From an uncultured Verrucomicrobiales bacterium (GTDB lineage: Bacteria > Verrucomicrobiota > Verrucomicrobiia > Limisphaerales > Palsa-1400): a stretch of DNA of 41,095 nucleotides. Both the position numbers and the translations under genes were made by a program. This document shows, one piece after another, positions 29,901-38,900 of this stretch. The first letter of the stretch is position 1. The number at the start of each line of letters is the position of its first letter. The notes beneath the pieces were generated by a model, which worked only from the letters and a program-made list of their open reading frames with translations, was not told the origin of the DNA and did no database searches. Location of the stretch: NCBI GenBank assembly GCA_903927905.1, contig CAIYOY010000020.1, forward strand, positions 1-41,095, given 5' to 3'.

Positions 29901-32900
29901 GTCCGCGAAGTGAATTGGGCCCCTGCACCGATCAATCTGCAGCTCCTCAAATCCTTCGGCACCACCGGCACCGATGGCCAGACGGCGGAAGGCACCCCGA
30001 TGGTGGGCGCGGATGGATTATTGTATGCGACCACTTTTGAAGGTGGCATTTACGGCGGCGGCACGATTTTCAAGATCAACACCAATGGCACCGGTTACAC
30101 GATCATCTATAACTTTGGCGCTACTGGTTCGGACGGTTTGTCGCCTTATTGCGCGTTGGTGCAGGGTGGTGATGGCACGCTTTACGGGACGACTTATTTT
30201 GGCGGCAGCGCGAACAAGGGAACGGTTTTCAAAATCAAGCCCGACGGCACCGGCTACACCAAGCTCCACGATTTCGGCCTCGGCTCCGATGGCGCGAATG
30301 CCTACGCCGAACTGTACATCGGCCAAGATGGCGCCCTCTATGGCACCACATTGTACGGCGGTCCGTTTGCTTCCGGTGTGGTGTTTAAACTCAACACCGA
30401 TGGCAGCGGCTATACCCGGCTGCATGATTTCGGCAGCGTGGCCAATGACGGTTCGTTGACCTATGCCGGTCTCGTCCAGGGTCCGGCCGGATTTTTCTAT
30501 GGCGTGACCGATTCCGGCGGCACCAATGGAGTCGGCACCGTGTTCAAGCTCAACGCCACTGGCTCGTCTTACCAGATTCTCTACAGTTTCAGCACCACCG
30601 GTGGCGACGGCCAGTTTGCCGATGTGACCTTGACCCTCGGGAATGATGGCGTGCTTTACAGCACGACTTACGGCGGCGGCGTCAACGGGGACGCCAACAG
30701 CGGCGGCACCGTTTTCAAGATCAATCGCGACGGCACCGGTTACGCCAAGCTCCATGATTTCGGCGGCCCCGGCGAAGGACAATTGATCAACGCCGGTTTG
30801 GTCAAAGGCGACAACGGCGTCCTCTATGGCGGGGCGTACGTCGCTGGAGCCTACGGCGATCTGGTCAGCGGCGGCACCCTGTTCAAGATCAACACCGACG
30901 GCACCGGTTACCGTTTGCTTTACAGTTTCCACACCACGGGCAACGATCCGCAATTGCTCAACGCCACGTTCGTGCGCGACAGTTCGGGCGCATTCTATGG
31001 CACTTCGGAAATCGGGGGCAGCGCGGGCGATGGAGCATTGTTCCGTTTCGTGGATTTGGATGATCAGGTGTTGAATTCAGTTTCCACTCTGAGCGTCACC
31101 GCCCCGGCCTCCGACGCGGATATTCCGACCAACACGTTGACTTACGCCTTGATTTCCGGCCCCGGCGGACTGTCCATGAATTCTTCCTCCGGCCTGATTA
31201 CCTGGACCCCGACCCATGCGCAAGATGGCACCACCAACACCGTGCTCTGGCAGGTGACGGACAACGGCAGCCCGGCCCTCGGCGCCACCAATAATTTCAA
31301 CGTGATCATCCAACTGGTCAATCAAGCCCCCGGCTTTAATCTGGGCGGCGCGGCCTTGACCAACCTGGAAGATGCCGGCGCGCAAACGGTTTTGAATTGG
31401 GCCACCAACATCAGTTCCGGCCCGGCCAGCGAATCCTGGCAGACCGTCAGCTTCCTGGTGACGAATAACAATACGAATTTATTTTCCACTCAGCCCGCCA
31501 TTTCCCCGACTGGCACCCTGACTTATACCTCTGCGACCAATGCCAACGGCACCGCGACGGTCACCGTTTATGCGCAGGACAACGGCGGAACAAATTATGG
31601 CGGGACCAATACCAGCGCGTCGCAAACCTTCACCATCACGGTGACCCCGGTCAACGATCCGCCGACACTGGACGCCATCAGCAACGTTTCCATCAACGAA
31701 GATGCCGGCTTGCAAACTATCAGCCTCACCGGCATCACCGCCGGTCCGACCAATGAAGTTCAGAACCTCACCATCACAGCTTCCTCGAGCAATCCCGCTT
31801 TGATCCCGACCCCGGGTGTTTCTTACATCAGTCCCAACACCACGGGCGCGCTGACCTTCACCCCGACGATTTACACCATCGGCAGCAGTGTCATCACCGT
31901 GGTGGTCAGCGATAATGGCGGCACGGCCAACGGCGGAGTGAACGCGGTCACCAACACGTTCACCGTCACCGTCAATGCCGTGAATCATGTGCCCAGCTTC
32001 ACCGGCGGCGGCAATGTGTTCAGCGCGGTGACCAACGTCGCCCAGACTTTCCCGAATTGGGCCACCAACATCAGCCCCGGCCTTCCGGCTAATGAATCCG
32101 GCCAGATGGTGAATTTCCTCGTTTCCATTAATTATGTGGTTGACAACGATTTCACGCCCCACGCCAGCAGTTATCTGTTCTCCACCCTTCCGGCCATTGA
32201 TGCCGGCGGAAATCTGACCTTCACCCCCACCGGCAATGCCGGCCTGGCGAACATCAGCGTCCGGATCCACGACGATGGCGGCACCAGCAACGGCGGCGTG
32301 GATACCAGCGCGGCGCAGACGTTCAACCTCGGCGTCGGCTCCACCGGCTTTACTCCGGCCACCGGCGGCGAAGCGATTTCGGTGGATGACTTTGCCACCG
32401 GCCACTGGACGTTTTTGAGCGGGCCGACTTATTATGAAGGTTCCTCCGGCATCATCTCCGCCGGCACCATCGTCCTCATTCCCCCGCCTGGATTTGAATT
32501 CGACACCAACACCATTTACAACGGCACGAACAGCCCCGCCCAAGTCGTGATCACCGACACCGTGTCGCCAACGGTCAATTCGACTAACATTAATGGCGCG
32601 ACCAACGGCCAGGCATTTCCGCTCAGCATGACGTCCACCAGCGCCACCTTCACCATCACCTCGGCCAGCATCAATGGCGCGCTGGATTCCATTGTCGCCC
32701 AAAATTTCCGCATCCGTCCGACCACCACCAACCTGGTCTCCGGCTACATTTATTTCACCGGCACTTCCAGCACGAATCTGATCGCCTCCGGGCCGACCGG
32801 GACTGATTTTGGCGATCTCTCCACGGTGCCGGGTGCGCCTTATCAGCTCGCTTTCCAAACGCAGCCTTCGGCCACGGCCACTGCTGGCATCGCTTTTGAC

Positions 32901-35900
32901 CAGCAACCGGTTGTTTTGGTGCAAGATCAATTTGGCAATACCGTGACCAATGCCAACACCAACTTTGTCACACTTTCTCGCTTCCCATTTGCCGCCAACT
33001 CAGCGTTGCAAGGCGACACCAATGCCACCGCCGTTGCCGGGGTGGTTGATTTCACCGGCCAGGGCCTTTTCTTCAGCACCAACGGCACCTGCCAGTTGAG
33101 CGCCGACAGCGCCGGTCTCGTGTCTGCACTCTCCAGTAATATCACCACCTATGCGGCGGCGGGCGTCGCTCTCGTCATCCAAACGCAACCGTCGGCCACC
33201 GCAGCGGCGGGCGTCGCTTTTGCCCAGCAACCGGTGATTGCCGTGGTGGATTCATTTGGCAACGTCACCACCACCAATACCACCACCGTGGTGACGGTCT
33301 CGCGCAACACCGCCAGCGGCACGACCAATTTGCAAGGCACCACCAACATCACCGTGGTCAACGGCATCGCCACCTTCACCGACCTGAACTATCAATTACC
33401 CGAAACGATCCAAATTGATTTCACCGCCACTTCGCTCACCACCACCACTTCGACCAGCATCGCGGTTTCGCCCGGCGCGGCCAGCCGTCTCGTCTTTATG
33501 CAGCAACCCGCCTTGGAAACCAATGGCGCGGTCTTCACGACTCAACCGGTGGTTAAAACGTTGGATGCCTTTGGCAATCTCACCACCAACGTCGCCAGTT
33601 CCGTTCCGGTCACCATTTCGTTGGCCAGCGGTTCGGGAACTCTTTCCGGCACCACCACGCTCGACATCGGTTCCACCGCCGGTTCCGGCGTTGTTTCTTT
33701 CACCGGTTTGAAAATCACCAACACCAACGTGACCGATGCCACCGAAAGCCTCGCGGTCAGCGCTTCGGGTCTGACCGGCGCGACCTCCACGGTGTTCACC
33801 ATCGTCGCCACCAATCGCGCCCCGGTGTTTGCCGGTTGGAGCGCCCTGGACGTCGAACGCATCCGCTCATTCGGCGCGCCGGCCTTGCAAGGAAATTTGC
33901 CGTTTGCCAACTTGATCGTCGGCAGCGACGGACGGTTGTACGGCGCGGCCCAACTGGGCGGGATCAATGGGGATGGCACCCTCTTCTCTTTCCAACCGGA
34001 TGGCACCGGTTTCCAAGTGCTCCATTCTTTTGTGGAGAGCGATGGCGAGAATCCTTACGGCGCGGTCTGCGAAGGCAACGATGGCGTTCTCTATGGCACG
34101 ACCTACAACGGCGGCGCCAACGATTCCGGCACCATTTTCAAAATGAACAAAGATGGCTCCGGGTTCGCCGTGCTTTACAGCTTTGGCGACGGTTCGGACG
34201 GCGGTAATCCGCAGGCCGCGCTCATCCAGGGCGCGGATGGAGTTCTCTATGGCACCACGTCGCTCGGCGGCATCAGCGACATGGGCACGCTCTTTAAGAT
34301 CAATACCGATGGCAGCCACTACGCCGTGCTGCACACTTTCAACGCCACGCATGGTGAAGGCCGTTATCCCAAGGCTGCGTTGTTCCAGGCCGCTGACGGC
34401 TTGCTCTATGGCACCACCGAACGCGGCGGCAATAACAATCTGGGCGCGGTTTTCAAAATGAGCCCCAGCGGCAGCGGTTATACTGTCCTCCATCATTTCA
34501 CCGGCGCGAGCGGCAAGTTCCCGGACGCGCCTCTGATCCAGGGGACCAATGGCTTGCTCTATGGCACCACCTACTTTGGCGGCAGCAGTGACGTGGGCGC
34601 GGTCTTCAGCCTGACCACCAATGGGGTCGAATCGGTCGTCTATAATTTTGTGCCGGTCAGCGGAGAAAATAATCCGGCGGCCGGTCTGGTCTTTGGCCAG
34701 GATGGCGCACTTTACGGCACCACCTATTATGGCGGCGATAACGCGCACGGTCTGGTCTTCCGCGTCACCACCAACGGCAGCTTCAGTCAACTTTACAGCT
34801 TCACCGGCACCAGCGGCGATGGCCAGAATCCCAACGCCTCGCTCGCCCGCGCGGCCGATGGCACGCTCTTTGGCACCACCTTGTATGGCGGCAGTTCCGG
34901 TCTTGGCACGATTTTCACCATTGATCCGAGTCTGTCTTATCATGCCCTTCTCAGTTTACAGTCCAGCGACTCCACCCAGTCCCAATCGCCGGACGGCGCG
35001 TTGGTTGAAGGCCCGGACGGCACCTTGTATGGCAGCACCTTTTACGGCGGCAGCGAAAATGCCGGCGTGCTTTACAAGATGAGCAAAGACGGCGCTGCAT
35101 ATACCGTCCTGCACGATTTCAAACCCTCCACCGGTGACGGTCGCAATCCTTATTACGCTCTGAAATTTGGTTTGGATGGACTGCTCTATGGGACGACGGA
35201 CCGCGGGGGCACCAACGATTCCGGGTTGCTGTTTAAGATCAGCACCAACGGCAGTTCCTATGTGAAGTTGCATGACTTCGGCGCTTCGGGCGATGGCGTG
35301 ACTCTTTACTCCACGCCCATCCAGTCCGCCTCCGGCAAATTATTTGGCGTCACGGATTCCGGCGGGGTCAACGGTTCAGGCACGCTTTACGCCATTAATC
35401 CCGACGGCACCGGTTACATCATTCTGCACAGTTTCGGCGGTGCCGGTGATGGCGCGAATTCCGATGGCCGCCTTCTGCTGGCCGGCGACGGCCTGATTTA
35501 CGGCACCACTCTTTTTGGCGGGGCCAATAGCGAAGGGACGGTCTTTACCATCGCGACCAATGGCAGCAGCTATCAAGTGCTTTACAGTTTTGGCAACGGC
35601 CCGACCGATGGCCAGCAACCCTTCGCCGGCCTGATCGAAGGACTGGACGGCTCCCTCTACGGCGCGGGCACCTTCGGCGGCACCGATGGCGCGGGGACTT
35701 TGTTCAAGATCAATAAAGACGGCTCCAGCTACACCACCCTGCACAACTTCAGTCTCTCGTCCGGTGATGGCGCGCAACCTTACGCCGATCTGACTTTCGG
35801 CACGGATGGCCTGATCTACGGCACGACTTATTACGGCGGCGCTTTCGGGTTCGGCACCATTTTCCGATCCTCCGCCAACGGCGTTTACAGTTTGCTTTAC

Positions 35901-38900
35901 AGCTTCGGCGCGGGCGCGAACGACGGCGAATTTCCTTTCGTGCAACTGACCCAGGCGAGCGATGGCAATTATTACGGCGTGACCGAAAGCGGCGGCGACC
36001 TGGGCCTCGGCACCGCCTTCCGCCTGCGCTCCTTTACCAATGATCTGACCATCAACGAACTCAGCACACTTTCCATGACCATCAATGCGACCGACGCCGA
36101 TGGTCCGGGCGCCAATTTGACCTTTGCCCTCCTTTCTGCCCCGGTGGGCATGAGCATTGATCCCACTTCGGGTATCATCACTTGGACGCCCTCTGAAGCC
36201 CAGGGCCCAAGCACCAACATCTTTAACGTCGTGGTCACCGATAATGATTTCACGCCTTCCTTGAGCGTGACCAACAGCTATACCAACATCGTCAATGAAG
36301 TGAACGCCGCTCCCCGGTTGATTGTTCCGGCCAATCAAACGGTCTCCGAGGCGGTCACCATGACCGTCACCAATCTTGCGATTGACAGCGATCTCCCGAC
36401 CAACACCCTGACCTTCGCCCTGATCTCCGGGCCTTCGGGTCTGACCCTGGATTCGGCCAGCGGCGTCATCACCTGGACGCCGTCCTTGAGTCAGGCGCCC
36501 AGCACCAACACTGTGGTCGTGTCTTTGACCGATTACAACGCCGCCGCCCTGACCAACAACATTCTCAGCGTCACCAACAGCTTCACCATCACCGTCGGCC
36601 TGGTGAATCACGCGCCCAGCTTCACCAAAGGTTCCAATGTCGCCGTGGATCAGAAGTCCGGTTCCTACAGCCAAACCGGGTGGGCCACCGCCATCAGCCC
36701 CGGCCCGGCCAATGAATCGAGTCAGACGGTTAGTTTTATTGTCACTAATAACAATGCCGGTCTCTTTACCATTCAACCCGCTGTCGCCAGCAACGGCACC
36801 CTGGCCTTCACCCCCAATGCCACCCAGACCGGCACCGCCACTGTCACGGTTTACGCCCAGGACAACGGCGGCACGGCCAACGGCGGCACCAATGCCAGCG
36901 CGGCGCAAACCTTCACGATCGTGGTGGGCCAGGCTTCCTTGTCGGTGGCGGCCGGTGGCACGGCGATCTCCGCCGATACGGCTGGTGTGACTTGGACCCC
37001 CCTTTCCGGCCCGGTCTATCAGGAAGGCGGCAGTGGCAATGTTGGCGCAGGCGCGATCACCCTCAATGCGCCTACTGGATTTGCGTTTGACACGACCTCG
37101 CCCGTGCCTACGGTGATCATGCATCGCACCGCTGGTTCCGGTGCCTCCAGCCTTAATATTAATGGAGCGGCTGATGGCACTGCCTTGACGCTTAGTTCCG
37201 TTTCGTCATCCCAACTTCAATTGACCATCACCCAACCTAGCGCCAGCGGCGTGGTTTGCTCGCTCACCTGGCAAAATGTCCGCGTGCGCCCCACCGTCGG
37301 CACTCCGCTCGCCTCCGGCAACATCACCAGTTCCGGCACGGCGGCGATTTATAAAATCACCAATGGCGTCAGCAACTTCGGTTCGCTCAAAGAAATATCC
37401 GGCATAGCGGCGCAGGTCGGCATTTCGACCCAACCTTCCGGCACGGCGACTGCGGCCGTACCCTTTGCGCAACAACCGGTGGTCACGATTCAAGACCAGT
37501 TCGGCAACGTCCTCAACACCGCCAATGGCCGGGCGGATAACAGTTCCTCCGTCACTGCGGGCATCCAAACTGGCTCCAGTTCGTTGCAAGGCACGACCAC
37601 TGTTTCTGTCAGCAACGGGGTGGCGACGTTCAGCAATCTTTCCTATAATATTGCTCAGACCATCACCCTTTCTTTCCATAGCGCTTCGCTGACACCGGCT
37701 GTTTCTTCGGCCATTAATATCATGGCTGGGAGCGCTTATCAGATCGGTTTTGCTCAACAACCCGTCAACACCACGGCGGGCGCGACTAACCCCATTTCTG
37801 TCCAAGTGCGCGATTTGTATGGAAATAGCGTAACAAGTGCCGGTGTTTCCATAACTTTATCGTTACAGTCAGGCGCTGGGCCTTTGGGCGGAACACTCAC
37901 CCAGTTGACCGATGCCAGCGGTCTGGCCACCTTTACCAACGTCACCCTCAAAGTTGTCGGCACCAAACAATTGCTCGCCACCAACTCCTCGCTCGGTTCA
38001 GTTTTGAGCAGTTCGTTTGTGGTTTCTGCGGCTCCGGCTGTTCGCTTGGTTTTTGTCCAACAACCCGGCACCGAAACTGCCGGAGTCCTTTTCCAATCTC
38101 ATCCCAGTGTGCAAACGTTGGACGCTTACGGCAACGTTTCCACTTCCGGCCTGCCTTCCAGTATTAATGTCAGCCTGTTCGTTGTCGGCACCGGCGTGTT
38201 GTCCGGGACCACCAATGTGGATATCGGCACCGGCGCGGGCAAAGGTCTGGCCACCTTCACCAACCTGACCATCAATCTCGGCGGCGCCAAACAACTCGGG
38301 GCCAGCGCTTCCGGTTTGACCGGCGCGGCCAGTTCATCCTTCACTGTCAACACCAGTCTCTCCATCCTGCAACCGCACACAGATTACTCCGTTGGCCGCG
38401 GTCCGACCGGCATGTATCTCGGCAATCTTCGCGGCAAGAGCACCTGGCGCGACATGGCCGTGGCCAACTATCTCGACGGCACCATTACTGTTCGCCTTTG
38501 CAACGACGACGGCACCTTTGCCTCTGCTGCAACTTATGCCGTCGGCCCGAACCCGATGGGCGTCTGGAGCGGTAATTTCTATCACACCACCTGCGAAGAC
38601 ATCGTCGTGGCCAACTCCGGCACCAATACCATCACGCTGCTCCTCAATCTTGGCCACGGCACCTTCTGGAATCCGCGCAGCTTCCGCGTCGGTAGCACGC
38701 CCAATCCCGGTCCGGTTGCCCTCATCGGCGCTTATCTCCGCAGCAGCACGCCCGATCTCGTCGTGGCCAATCAAAACGAAAACACCGTCAGCGTCCTGCT
38801 CAACACCGGCGGCGTTTTCGGCGCGCCAGTCAATTATCCAGTTGGTTCCGGCCCAAGTTCCATCGTGGTCGCTGATCTGAACGGCGATGGCATCCCCGAC

